This document shows positions 1-8,804 of a stretch of DNA of 64,000 nt, in pieces. The first letter of the stretch is position 1, and every line of letters begins with the position of its first letter. Under the pieces are notes generated by a model. That model was not told the origin of the DNA. It was given only the letters and a program-made list of their open reading frames with translations, and searched no databases. Position numbers and translations under genes: made by a program. The stretch is from Pseudobdellovibrionaceae bacterium (lineage in GTDB: Bacteria > Bdellovibrionota > Bdellovibrionia > Bdellovibrionales > Bdellovibrionaceae), in contig JBDHWW010000014.1 of NCBI GenBank assembly GCA_039810425.1, positions 1 through 64,000 on the forward strand. The letters run 5' to 3'.

Positions 1-24
1 AATGCAAATATCAAATTGTCATTT

Positions 25-726
25 TTAGGAGTGACTGTGGGGAGCTAGAAAATCCCAACAACTTCGGGACGGTATCGTTACGACACGATCTGTAGGGACT
101 GAAAAACCCTGACTTGAGCTCAGGGCTTCTTTCCAGACTTGAGTGTCTTCAAAAACTTCACTCACTACAAAACGCAATGCCCAGTTCTGAGCAAGATACT
201 TATAGTACCCCACGCTCAGGGCAAGATTGATATTATTTTTTGCCATCGAGCCCCCGCTGAGAGGCGAAGACCAAGCCAACCAACTATAAGCTAATCCCGG
301 AGAGACATTTGCATAAAAATTGCCGTAGCCACTATACCAAGTCAGCTCCGGTCCATAACCAATACTTACACGGAAAAGCTGATAATCAGTTTGATCCAGA
401 AATAGCGTAGGCACGTGAAATTTTAAATTCGCAAAAGCAAATGTCGCAATAGGAGTCCAGTCCAAAGAAAAAGACTGAGTTTTGGATTCTAACGACATCT
501 TTGTTAAGCTCAGGCTGTTTCCCAATTGACTCAAACCGCCGCTATCACCAGTGGTCGCGCGGTTGTCAGCCTCGATACGCTCGCCTAAGCCAAGTTGTAC
601 GTGAGTGCGTTTATTGGCCACTTCAAAAGATAGGGAATTTGGCAAGTAAGACGAAATCTGAGTGTCCGCAATGACATATCCTGGAACCATCAATAACAGA
701 ACTAACAAGGCTCCCAAATACTTCAT
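25..726 (-). CDS. Secreted or outer-membrane beta-strand-rich hypothetical protein; C-terminus possibly aberrant
   Basis: The ORF track starts at 801, but ATG 726 (MKYLGALLVLLLMVPGYVIA) gives a signal peptide and lies 2 nt after the upstream stop; alternating aromatic/hydrophobic strands. Confidence 0.6.
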   Translation of the reverse strand: MKYLGALLVLLLMVPGYVIADTQISSYLPNSLSFEVANKRTHVQLGLGERIEADNRATTGDSGGLSQLGNSLSLTKMSLESKTQSFSLDWTPIATFAFANLKFHVPTLFLDQTDYQLFRVSIGYGPELTWYSGYGNFYANVSPGLAYSWLAWSSPLSGGSMAKNNINLALSVGYYKYLAQNWALRFVVSEVFEDTQVWKEALSSSQGFSVPTDRVVTIPSRSCWDFLAPHSHS

Positions 727-728
727 GA

Positions 729-1475
729 CTATCTCGCGCGTGACGGCGAAGCTTTGGTTCGGCTCTGAATCTCTTGCTGAGCACTCTGACCGAGATTCCA
801 ATAAAATCCACCCATCTGCTCACCATAGACTGAAAACGATTCCAGTCCCTTCAGATCAAAAGCATTGTTACGCGCGGTGAGGACCTTCATTCGTAAAAAT
901 TCCCGTGATAGCTGATTCGAAACTTTCTCAACCTGCTTCACTTCTTTGATTGGTAGCTTTCTAAGCCTTTCCAGATGGCCTGTCGAATCGGAAATATGGA
1001 TATTTAATGACTTAAAATAATTTAATCCATCGGAAACAATCTTCAAACGCGCTTCGAATTCAGCGTATTCAACGTCCCTTGTTTGAACTGTATTGTCCCT
1101 GCCGTCCCATGTTTTTTGAGAATAAATGCGGCCTAATAATTTTGAGGCTCTTTGAACACCATTCTGAACTCTTACTTTTTCAGGAAACTGGACATATCTC
1201 GTATCCGCAGCAACCAATAGCTTATTAGAAACTATAATGTAGTTTTCTAGTTTTTCCTGAATGGATTCCGTATCCAAGCTCTCTAAACTCTTCTCTTCTG
1301 GCGCCGAAGGATCAAGAGATATCCCCAACTGAGCTAGCTCGCTGGCAATCTCGTCAGATCTCTTCAAACTTTCCTCATAGGTAAAAGCGACGGTTGAATC
1401 GACCTTTTTGCCCTGCTGGCACCCAATGGTGATGAGCAAAAACACCATACTGATCATGAGTTTGGATATGTTCAT
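729..1475 (-). CDS. Hypothetical lipoprotein
   Basis: 248 aa ORF; lipobox-like LITIG-C after a hydrophobic stretch; helical body. Confidence 0.7.
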   Translation of the reverse strand: MNISKLMISMVFLLITIGCQQGKKVDSTVAFTYEESLKRSDEIASELAQLGISLDPSAPEEKSLESLDTESIQEKLENYIIVSNKLLVAADTRYVQFPEKVRVQNGVQRASKLLGRIYSQKTWDGRDNTVQTRDVEYAEFEARLKIVSDGLNYFKSLNIHISDSTGHLERLRKLPIKEVKQVEKVSNQLSREFLRMKVLTARNNAFDLKGLESFSVYGEQMGGFYWNLGQSAQQEIQSRTKASPSRAR

Positions 1476-1565
1476 AAGGGGCTAATATACCGAAACCAGG
1501 TATTTATTTAAAGACACCTGAAAAATCTTTAGGACACGGTCGCAAATCGCCTAGAACTTTGACAT

Positions 1566-1601
1566 AAAAAAAACCCGCCCCTCTTTCAAGGTGCGGGTTT
1601 T
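1566..1601 (-). terminator. Rho-independent terminator after ahcY
   Basis: AAAACCCGC...GCGGGTTTT stem followed by a T-run on the minus strand. Confidence 0.75.
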
Positions 1602-1625
1602 CAAAAGAACTTTCGTATCTAAAAA

Positions 1626-3044
1626 TTAATAACGGTAGTGTTCAGGCTTGAACGGACCGTTGGCGTCCATGTGCAAGTACTTCGCTTGCTTATTAGAAAG
1701 CTTCGTCAACTTCACGCCCAATTTACCCAAGTGCAATGCCGCCACTTTTTCGTCCAAGTGCTTAGGCAAACGGTAAACTTTGATCTCTTCGTATTTATCA
1801 CGGTTCAAGAACAACTCCATTTGAGCCAATACTTGGTTCGTGAAGCTGTTAGACATTACGAAGCTTGGGTGACCTGTCGCACAGCCCAAGTTCACCAAGC
1901 GGCCTTTAGCCAAAACGATGACTTGGTTGCCGTTTTTCAAGGTGTGGATATCAACCTGAGGTTTGATTTCACGCATTTTTGAGTTCTTGTTCAACCAAGC
2001 CATATCGATTTCGATATCGAAGTGACCGATGTTGCACACGATCGCGTTGTTTTTCATTTTAGAGAAGTGCTTGTCTGTCACGATGTCGCAGCAGCCAGTT
2101 GCGGTTACGAAGATATCAGCTAGCGGAGTCGCCTCTTCCATCGTTGTTACTTCGAAACCTTCCATAGAAGCTTGCAAAGCACAGATGGGATCGATCTCAG
2201 TGACTAGTACGCGAGCACCGAAGTTACGCATAGAGTGCGCACAACCTTTACCCACATCGCCGTAACCAGCAACCACAACCACTTTACCCGCGATCATAGT
2301 GTCCGTTGCACGTTTGATACCGTCTGCCAAAGACTCGCGGCAGCCGTACAAGTTATCGAATTTAGATTTTGTCACAGAGTCATTGATGTTGATCGCAGGA
2401 ACTTTCAATTTCCCTTGTTTTACCATCTGCTCAAGATTGTGAACGCCTGTCGTTGTCTCCTCAGAGATACCGATGATTTTTTTGATCTCTTTCGCGAAGC
2501 GTGGCTCATGCATCATGTTGGTAAGGTCACCACCATCATCCAAGATCATGTTGTAACCATCTTTACCCCAGCCAGTGATCGTTTGTTCGATACACCAGTT
2601 GAACTCTTGCTCTGTTTCGCCTTTCCAAGCAAATACAGGGATGCCAGCGGCAGCAATTGCAACGGCCGCGTGGTCTTGAGTCGAGAAGATATTGCAAGAA
2701 GACCAACGGATCTCAGCGCCCAACTCTACAAGTGTTTCAATCAACACCGCTGTTTGGATTGTCATGTGCAAGCAACCCGCGATACGCGCGCCTTTTAAAG
2801 GTTTTTGTTTGCCGTACTCTTTACGAAGAGCCATCAAACCAGGCATCTCAGTTTCAGCAATAGAGATTTCTTCACGACCCCAACGAGCCAGATCCGCGAA
2901 GACCTTTGGGTTTTCCATGGCTTCTTTGCAAACCATGTAATCTACTTTTGTGGTGGCTTTTGCCGGAGTTTTAGCCGCTGCTTTCATTGCTACTGCTTTC
3001 ACGTTTTTCTTCATTGCTTTCCCTGAGTTTGTCGTTAGAGACAT
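1626..3044 (-). CDS. ahcY: Adenosylhomocysteinase
   Basis: [48 protein letters not shown] and [14 protein letters not shown] motifs; start could be 3014. Confidence 0.97.
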   Translation of the reverse strand: MSLTTNSGKAMKKNVKAVAMKAAAKTPAKATTKVDYMVCKEAMENPKVFADLARWGREEISIAETEMPGLMALRKEYGKQKPLKGARIAGCLHMTIQTAVLIETLVELGAEIRWSSCNIFSTQDHAAVAIAAAGIPVFAWKGETEQEFNWCIEQTITGWGKDGYNMILDDGGDLTNMMHEPRFAKEIKKIIGISEETTTGVHNLEQMVKQGKLKVPAININDSVTKSKFDNLYGCRESLADGIKRATDTMIAGKVVVVAGYGDVGKGCAHSMRNFGARVLVTEIDPICALQASMEGFEVTTMEEATPLADIFVTATGCCDIVTDKHFSKMKNNAIVCNIGHFDIEIDMAWLNKNSKMREIKPQVDIHTLKNGNQVIVLAKGRLVNLGCATGHPSFVMSNSFTNQVLAQMELFLNRDKYEEIKVYRLPKHLDEKVAALHLGKLGVKLTKLSNKQAKYLHMDANGPFKPEHYRY

Positions 3045-3056
3045 TTTGAATTACCT

Positions 3057-3821
3057 TTAGCTTTGGAGTGTTAAAATTTCGTAACCTGCATCAGTCACCA
3101 AGACCGTATGCTCAAACTGAGCCGACAGCAAGTTGTCCGCGGTTTTATAATATTTAATTGAAGAGCCTGGAATATCAAACTCTATAAACTGATCTGTGCC
3201 TTGGTTGACCATGGGCTCCACAGTGATGCAGTGAAACGGAACGATCCGCTCCCCTTTGCCCTTTTTACCGAAGGCCGGCACGAAAGGCTCGGTATGGAAG
3301 ATTCGGCCAATCCCGTGGCCACCGATCTCGCGGACCACCGTATAGCCCTTACGGGTCACGAATTTGTCCGTAACAAAGCCGATATCACCCGTAAAGCCAT
3401 TCGGTTTAATCGCCTCAATACCGAGGTCACGGGCCTGTCTAGCGGTTTCTACCAGGTCACGGGCTTCTTCTGAAACATTGCCCATCATGTAGGTTTTAGA
3501 GGTATCTCCGAAGAAGCCGTCGATAAACGCCGTCACGTCGACATTGATGATGTCCCCGTCGTTGAGGGGGGTGTCGTCAGGAACGCCGTGGCACACGACC
3601 TCGTTCACCGAAGTGCAGGAGTACTTAGGGTACCCCCCGTATCCCAAACAAGCCGATTTCGCCCCGCGAGTGAGCATATAATCGTTGGTTAGGATGTCGA
3701 TCTCGTTCGTGGTCATACCCACTTTGATATGTTTATCGAGATAAGTCAGGGTGTCTGCAGCAATTCGGCAGGCTAAGGTCATCTTTTTAATTTCTTCGAG
3801 AGAAAGCGGCTTAATTCCCAT
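3057..3821 (-). CDS. map: Methionine aminopeptidase type I
   Basis: CTSVNEVVCHGVP, DIINVDVT, GHGIG.FH, EPMVN and SAQFEHTVLVT motifs. Confidence 0.96.
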   Translation of the reverse strand: MGIKPLSLEEIKKMTLACRIAADTLTYLDKHIKVGMTTNEIDILTNDYMLTRGAKSACLGYGGYPKYSCTSVNEVVCHGVPDDTPLNDGDIINVDVTAFIDGFFGDTSKTYMMGNVSEEARDLVETARQARDLGIEAIKPNGFTGDIGFVTDKFVTRKGYTVVREIGGHGIGRIFHTEPFVPAFGKKGKGERIVPFHCITVEPMVNQGTDQFIEFDIPGSSIKYYKTADNLLSAQFEHTVLVTDAGYEILTLQS

Positions 3822-3857
3822 AGTGGGGCTATGTATAGCACGACTCTGGGTAAAAAT

Positions 3858-3890
3858 AAAAAAAAAAGCCTAGGGTCGCGCCCTAGGCTT
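3858..3890 (-). terminator. Rho-independent terminator after the SWIB gene
   Basis: Perfect AGCCTAGGG/CCCTAGGCT stem (3867-3889) with a long T-run on the minus strand. Confidence 0.85.
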
Positions 3891-3924
3891 CTTCTATTTA
3901 AAAGCTCTAACTAGCTTCTAAGGA

Positions 3925-4308
3925 CTATTTCAAGTGCTTAGAAACAAGTTTAGTCATTTCAAACATAGAAACAGTGCCTTTGCCGAAGATTGGCTTCAAT
4001 TTGTCATCAGCATTGATGTTTCTGCGGTTTTTAGCGTCTTGAAGACCGTTCTTCTTGATGTAAGCCCAAAGTTTTTTAACAACTTCAGTGCGTGGAAGTG
4101 GAGTTGCACCAACAACAGCTGCCAAAGTAGCGCTTGGAGTAAGTGGTTTCATGAAAGCTGGGTTTGGCTTACGTTTGCCAGCAGCCTTTTTAGGAGCAGC
4201 AGCTTTTTTAGAAGTTGCTTTCTTAGGAGCAGCTTTCTTAGTTGTAGCTTTTTTTGTCGCAGCTTTCTTTGTAGCGGCTTTTTTAGTCGCTTTTTTTGCT
4301 TTTGCCAT
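3925..4308 (-). CDS. SWIB/MDM2-domain protein with histone H1-like Lys/Ala-rich N-terminus
   Basis: KKA(A)T repeats followed by NPAFMKPL...PRTEVVKKLWAYIKKNGLQD...INADDKL (bacterial SWIB). Confidence 0.9.
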   Translation of the reverse strand: MAKAKKATKKAATKKAATKKATTKKAAPKKATSKKAAAPKKAAGKRKPNPAFMKPLTPSATLAAVVGATPLPRTEVVKKLWAYIKKNGLQDAKNRRNINADDKLKPIFGKGTVSMFEMTKLVSKHLK

Positions 4309-4586
4309 TATTTGATTCCTCCATTAATGGTGTTTGCTTTCTATTACTCGAATGACCCCAGTGTAACCAACTCTGAGGGTTTGTCCAAAAAAAAATGCAG
4401 CCTCTCTAAAGATTTTTGATTTTTCCTCTGAAACTCCCCATTTTCAGAGGAGAAATTGCAAATACCCAATGAGCGGCTCCTCTGAAAATCACTCAAAAAC
4501 TCCCTTTTCACGCCCGTCTTCCCTCTGGAAACAGCCGTTTTCCCTTCTGCGATCAGTGCGGAAATCGTCAAATCCAGCTCCTGGAC

Positions 4587-4614
4587 TTGAGCTTTCTCAT
4601 TCTGAAACCGATGA
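4587..4614 (+). promoter_or_regulatory. Putative sigma28 (FliA)-type promoter
   Basis: TTGAG-N15-ACCGATGA, 7 nt before ATG 4622. Confidence 0.55.
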
Positions 4615-4621
4615 GGGGATC

Positions 4622-5041
4622 ATGCAAGCACAAGCGAGTTTTCACGAAATTCTCGAAAGAAAAATGAAGGCCCAAAGCCCGGAACCTCTGGCTGCGCAAG
4701 GGTTCGAGCAGGCTCCGCATTGCCAAGATCCGGCTCACCTCGCCTATCTGATGGGGACCCTTGGACCTGCTGCTTACTTCCGCCCGCAAACCGCCCGCGC
4801 CTATCCTTCAAGACCTAAGCCTCCACCGCCGCCACACGCCCTCAGCGAAGCGCAGAAGGCCGCTTATGACTTCTTCGCACTCCATGGGAACACCTTGACC
4901 CCTGCCTTTTCACAGAGGGGGCTCAAGAAGGCTTTCCGTGTTTTAGCTCTGAAATTACACCCAGATACGAATAAAGGCGCTGTTGCCGGCGCCTTTATCG
5001 AACTCAAAAAAAATTATGAAACATTGATGGATCTATTTTAA
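4622..5041 (+). CDS. Small protein with C-terminal J-domain (class C J-protein)
   Basis: LKKAFRVLALKLHPDTN...FIELKKNYETL (HPD motif); ATG 4622 preferred over 4469 because of the RBS-like GAGGGG and the promoter. Confidence 0.8.
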   Translation: MQAQASFHEILERKMKAQSPEPLAAQGFEQAPHCQDPAHLAYLMGTLGPAAYFRPQTARAYPSRPKPPPPPHALSEAQKAAYDFFALHGNTLTPAFSQRGLKKAFRVLALKLHPDTNKGAVAGAFIELKKNYETLMDLF

Positions 5042-6711
5042 TTAATAGATCTGAAGCGAACGCGCTTAGGGGCAGCGTCGGCTCCCAGGCGCTTTTTGCG
5101 GTCTTCCTCGTACTCTGTGAAGTTTCCGTGGAAGAATTCGACCCTAGAATCCCCTTCAAACGCCATAATATGAGTGCAAATGCGATCCAAGAACCAGCGA
5201 TCATGGGAAATCACGATGGCGGAACCACCGAATTCAAGAATCGCCTCCTCGAGCGCACGCATCGTATTCACATCAAGATCGTTCGTCGGCTCATCCAGCA
5301 AGAGCAAATTGGCGCCTTGCTTCAAAATCTTTGCCATGTTCACACGGTTTCTTTCACCGCCCGACAGAACGCCGACCTTCTTCTGCTGATCGGTGCCTGA
5401 GAAGTTAAACCAGGAAACATAGGCACGGGACGGAACTTCCTTCTGACCGAGCTGAATCATCTCATTGCCGCCAGAGAGCTCTTCCCAGATGGTTTTCTCA
5501 CCGTTGAGAGTCTCGCGCGTTTGATCGACGTAGGCCATCTTCACGGTCTCACCGACTTTGAAAGAACCGCTGTCTGGAGTCTCTTGGCCTGTAATCATTC
5601 GGAATAGGGTTGTTTTACCCGCCCCGTTAGGACCAATGACCCCAACGACAGCGCCACGAGGGATCGTGAAGCTGACATCATCAAACAACAGCTTGCCGCC
5701 GTAGGCCTTCATGATGTTCTTCGCCTCCACGACGATCTCGCCCAAGCGAGGGCCTGGCGGGATATAAATAGACATCTCCTGGAGCTTCTCAGGAGTCGGC
5801 TCTTTCAAGAGGTTTTCGTACGCGGAGATGCGGGCTTTGGCTTTCGACTGCCGCGCCTTCGCGCCCTGACGGATCCATTCCAGTTCGCGCTCCATTGTAC
5901 GAGCACGCTTCGAAGCGGTCTGTTGTTCTTGCGCCAAGCGCTTGTCTTTTTGCTCAAGCCATGAAGTGTAGTTCCCTTTCCAAGGGATCCCTTCACCGCG
6001 GTCAAGTTCGAGAATCCAGCCGGCGACGTTATCAAGGAAATAACGATCATGTGTCACCGCGATGACTGTGCCTGGGAATTTCGCCAAATACTGTTCGAGC
6101 CATGCCACAGATTCCGCATCCAAGTGATTCGTCGGTTCGTCCAGCAATAAGATATCTGGATTGCTCATTAGAAGGCGGCACAAAGCTACACGGCGCTTTT
6201 CACCACCCGACAGCTGAGTCACTGGCAAGTCGCCCTCTGGACAGCGAAGGGCATCCATCGCGATTTCGATTTTCTGATCGACTTCCCAACCACCTAGGGC
6301 TTCGAGCTTTTCTTGGATCACGCCCTGTTGTTCAATCAGCGTATTCATCACATCTGGGTCCAAATCAGGATCATTGAATTTTTCGCTGATCTCGTTGAAC
6401 TGCTTCATCAGGATCGGCAACTCACCCATGCCAGAGAAAATATTTTCTTTCACTGTCATTGTTGGATCAAGGTGTGGTTCTTGCTCGAGGTAGCCCACTT
6501 TCATTTGACGAGCGGGAAACGCTTCACCGAAGAAGTCTTTGTCGACTCCTGCCATAATTTTTAGCAAAGAAGACTTACCAGAACCATTCAATCCTAAAAC
6601 GCCGATCTTAGCGCCGTAGAAATACGAGAGATAAATGTTTTTTAAAACGAAGCGATTGGGAGGATAAACTTTTGAAACACCCTTCATCGTGTAGATGATA
6701 TCTTGGGACAT
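5038..6711 (-). CDS. ettA: Energy-dependent translational throttle ABC-F ATPase
   Basis: Two ABC cassettes (GLNGSGKS, GPNGAGKT, LSGGE); GAKIGVLG, LELDRGEGIPWKGNY and ELEWIR motifs. Confidence 0.93.
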   Translation of the reverse strand: MSQDIIYTMKGVSKVYPPNRFVLKNIYLSYFYGAKIGVLGLNGSGKSSLLKIMAGVDKDFFGEAFPARQMKVGYLEQEPHLDPTMTVKENIFSGMGELPILMKQFNEISEKFNDPDLDPDVMNTLIEQQGVIQEKLEALGGWEVDQKIEIAMDALRCPEGDLPVTQLSGGEKRRVALCRLLMSNPDILLLDEPTNHLDAESVAWLEQYLAKFPGTVIAVTHDRYFLDNVAGWILELDRGEGIPWKGNYTSWLEQKDKRLAQEQQTASKRARTMERELEWIRQGAKARQSKAKARISAYENLLKEPTPEKLQEMSIYIPPGPRLGEIVVEAKNIMKAYGGKLLFDDVSFTIPRGAVVGVIGPNGAGKTTLFRMITGQETPDSGSFKVGETVKMAYVDQTRETLNGEKTIWEELSGGNEMIQLGQKEVPSRAYVSWFNFSGTDQQKKVGVLSGGERNRVNMAKILKQGANLLLLDEPTNDLDVNTMRALEEAILEFGGSAIVISHDRWFLDRICTHIMAFEGDSRVEFFHGNFTEYEEDRKKRLGADAAPKRVRFRSIN

Positions 6712-6826
6712 TTTCAGGCTCCTTTAAGTGTTACTTTAAGAGTGACGAAGGGTCTAATTTATCAGGCCGAATTCCCTTGTCAAATGGTGTTATATTCTCT
6801 TACAAATTAAGTACAGGTGCAAATTA

Positions 6827-7144
6827 ATGGATAAGCAGAATAAAGCAGACAAATCCGCCCCTACCGGCGCTACAGCAGACGCGACGGCGGCCGGCAAGCC
6901 TTCTTGGGATCATATCAATTCAGATCTCAAGACGGCACTCGACACCTGGACGGAACTCACCGACACAATGGCGAACAAGCTCTCTCCCGAGGAAGAACAG
7001 CTCCGTGAAATTAAAAGCATCTTGGGGTCATTGAAGGATAAATTAAAGGCCTTCGAGAACGACGAGCCAGCAACTACTGCTGCCCAGGAATCAGCTTCGG
7101 CTCCGGCGGCACCTTCTGAAAAACCGACTGAAGAGAATCCCTAG
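6827..7144 (+). CDS. Small hypothetical protein, coiled-coil core
   Basis: 105 aa ORF, RBS-like AGGTG, fills the gap between divergent genes. Confidence 0.65.
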   Translation: MDKQNKADKSAPTGATADATAAGKPSWDHINSDLKTALDTWTELTDTMANKLSPEEEQLREIKSILGSLKDKLKAFENDEPATTAAQESASAPAAPSEKPTEENP

Positions 7145-7191
7145 CTTATAGAGCTATGGGAGTACGAGTTACCGCCATCTGGCAGTGGAAG

Positions 7192-7527
7192 TTAAACCCG
7201 TTTCTTATCTACGAGAGATCCGCCCCGACACTCGGGCGAAACCATCTCAAAAGTGTCTTTTATTTTGTCCCACTCTGGTGGCGTAAAGGTTCTTTGGGTC
7301 AGAGCATGCAACCCCTGGTTCATGAAAGGCTTAATTAGATCATTCACTAGACGGCTGCGGTCGACGCGGGACTTACCTTCGAACGCGTCAGCTACGACGA
7401 GCAATCTGAAATGTGTTTCGGAATTTGCTGGGACCGAGTGCCTGTGGCTTTCGTTTTCGAGTTCGAAATACTCGGGTTCGAAAGTCTGCTCAATGCTGGC
7501 TCTCAGAGCCTTTTCCATCGGTCCCAA
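7192..7527 (-). CDS. bolA: BolA family protein
   Basis: ENESHRH...SETHFRLLVV..AFEGKSRVDR.R and GLHAL motifs. Confidence 0.9.
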   Translation of the reverse strand: MGPMEKALRASIEQTFEPEYFELENESHRHSVPANSETHFRLLVVADAFEGKSRVDRSRLVNDLIKPFMNQGLHALTQRTFTPPEWDKIKDTFEMVSPECRGGSLVDKKRV

Positions 7528-7533
7528 TCTTTA

Positions 7534-7932
7534 CTACTTTCTATTGATTTTCATTTTTGCATACTCGATCCCCATTTTCGCCATGGCAAAAACGCCTTTT
7601 TCCTCGAGCTTCTTTTCCACTTCTTTGGCTTTGCGAAGGCCGGCCGCCACCGTGATTTGCGCCAAAGGATGACCGACAGGAATATTTTCAAAATTTCCGT
7701 TATTCACCCACTCTTCAGCAACATTCTCGGCCACCTCAAAGGCCTTTGGCGCTTTTGAGCGAACCAGTTCGCTGTAAGGGAATTCAATATGAACTTTTTT
7801 ACGGTTAGATATTTCTTCGGCAATCGCTACGAGTTCTTCTTGTGACGCTTCGACCGCAGTTTCAGCTTCGTCGCGGCCTGGACGGCGGCGGGCTTTTTTC
7901 TTTTTAGATGCGTAGTCTTTTACTGTTGGCAT
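7534..7932 (-). CDS. Hypothetical protein with basic N-terminus; candidate ParA partner
   Basis: 132 aa, RBS GAGG, immediately downstream of parA. Confidence 0.7.
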   Translation of the reverse strand: MPTVKDYASKKKKARRRPGRDEAETAVEASQEELVAIAEEISNRKKVHIEFPYSELVRSKAPKAFEVAENVAEEWVNNGNFENIPVGHPLAQITVAAGLRKAKEVEKKLEEKGVFAMAKMGIEYAKMKINRK

Positions 7933-7957
7933 AACAACCTCGATTTAAATTAAACTA

Positions 7958-8743
7958 TTACAATTTCATTTCCAACACTTCGCGGGTGACTAAGTCATAA
8001 TCTTCACGCGCGTTGGATTTCGTCTGATAAATCGTCTTTCCTGTCCCAATGGTGTTTTTCACCTCGGTGGAGGTTCTTATATAACTCTTCATCAGTAAAT
8101 CCTCAAAGGAATCCATGCACTTCTGTAAAAGCTCATGGCTGACTTTCTCACGGCCATCAAAACGTGTGAACAAAATCTTTTCTGTCAAATCAAGCTCGAA
8201 ATCTTTCTTGATTTCACGAAGCTCCTTGAGATGTTTTACAAGCCCCATATAGGAAAAGCGATCCGGATTCACCGGCAAGATCACCATATCGGAAGCCACT
8301 GTCACGGCCGTATTTGTCGCACTGAGCGCCGGAGCCGTGTCGATGAGGATCAGATCGTAGTTTTTACGAATGGCTTCGAGCGGATTCTTCACCGCCTGCG
8401 ACCAATTGCGGTTCGAGTTCAAAAGCACGCGGTCTAAGACCGAGTTGTTGAGATTCGAAGGGATCAAGTCCATCTTATCCGTCAATTTGATGACGGCGTC
8501 CTGAATAGTGGCCTTCTTTTCCACGATATCAAGCCAAACAGGCTTTTCTTCGGCCTCGTCAATATCCATTCCAAGAGCGAATGTTAAATTCGCTTGCTGA
8601 TCCATATCAATGAAGAGCACGCGTGCGCCGTATTGAACGGCGCCGAGGCCGATGTTCATAGCCGTTGTGGTTTTCGCCACTCCGCCTTTGAGCATTTGCA
8701 CAGAGATGATTCTGTGCGGAAGGGTTTTGTTGGCTCTGGCCAT
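7958..8743 (-). CDS. parA: Orphan ParA/Soj-family ATPase
   Basis: Deviant Walker A KGGVAKTT, IDMDQQANLT, YDLILIDTAP; no parB adjacent. Confidence 0.9.
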   Translation of the reverse strand: MARANKTLPHRIISVQMLKGGVAKTTTAMNIGLGAVQYGARVLFIDMDQQANLTFALGMDIDEAEEKPVWLDIVEKKATIQDAVIKLTDKMDLIPSNLNNSVLDRVLLNSNRNWSQAVKNPLEAIRKNYDLILIDTAPALSATNTAVTVASDMVILPVNPDRFSYMGLVKHLKELREIKKDFELDLTEKILFTRFDGREKVSHELLQKCMDSFEDLLMKSYIRTSTEVKNTIGTGKTIYQTKSNAREDYDLVTREVLEMKL

Positions 8744-8804
8744 GGGGTCTCCTTCGTGAATGGAATAATCCCATCGCGCGAAGCCCTTTAAGTCAAGACG
8801 GCTT

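Noticed and set aside
3045..3056. SAH riboswitch upstream of ahcY
   Set aside because: Only about 12 nt separate map and ahcY; no room or motif
4190..4305. 15-bp periodic repeats as a CRISPR or VNTR
   Set aside because: Degenerate coding repeats of the KKAAT tail; no spacers or cas genes
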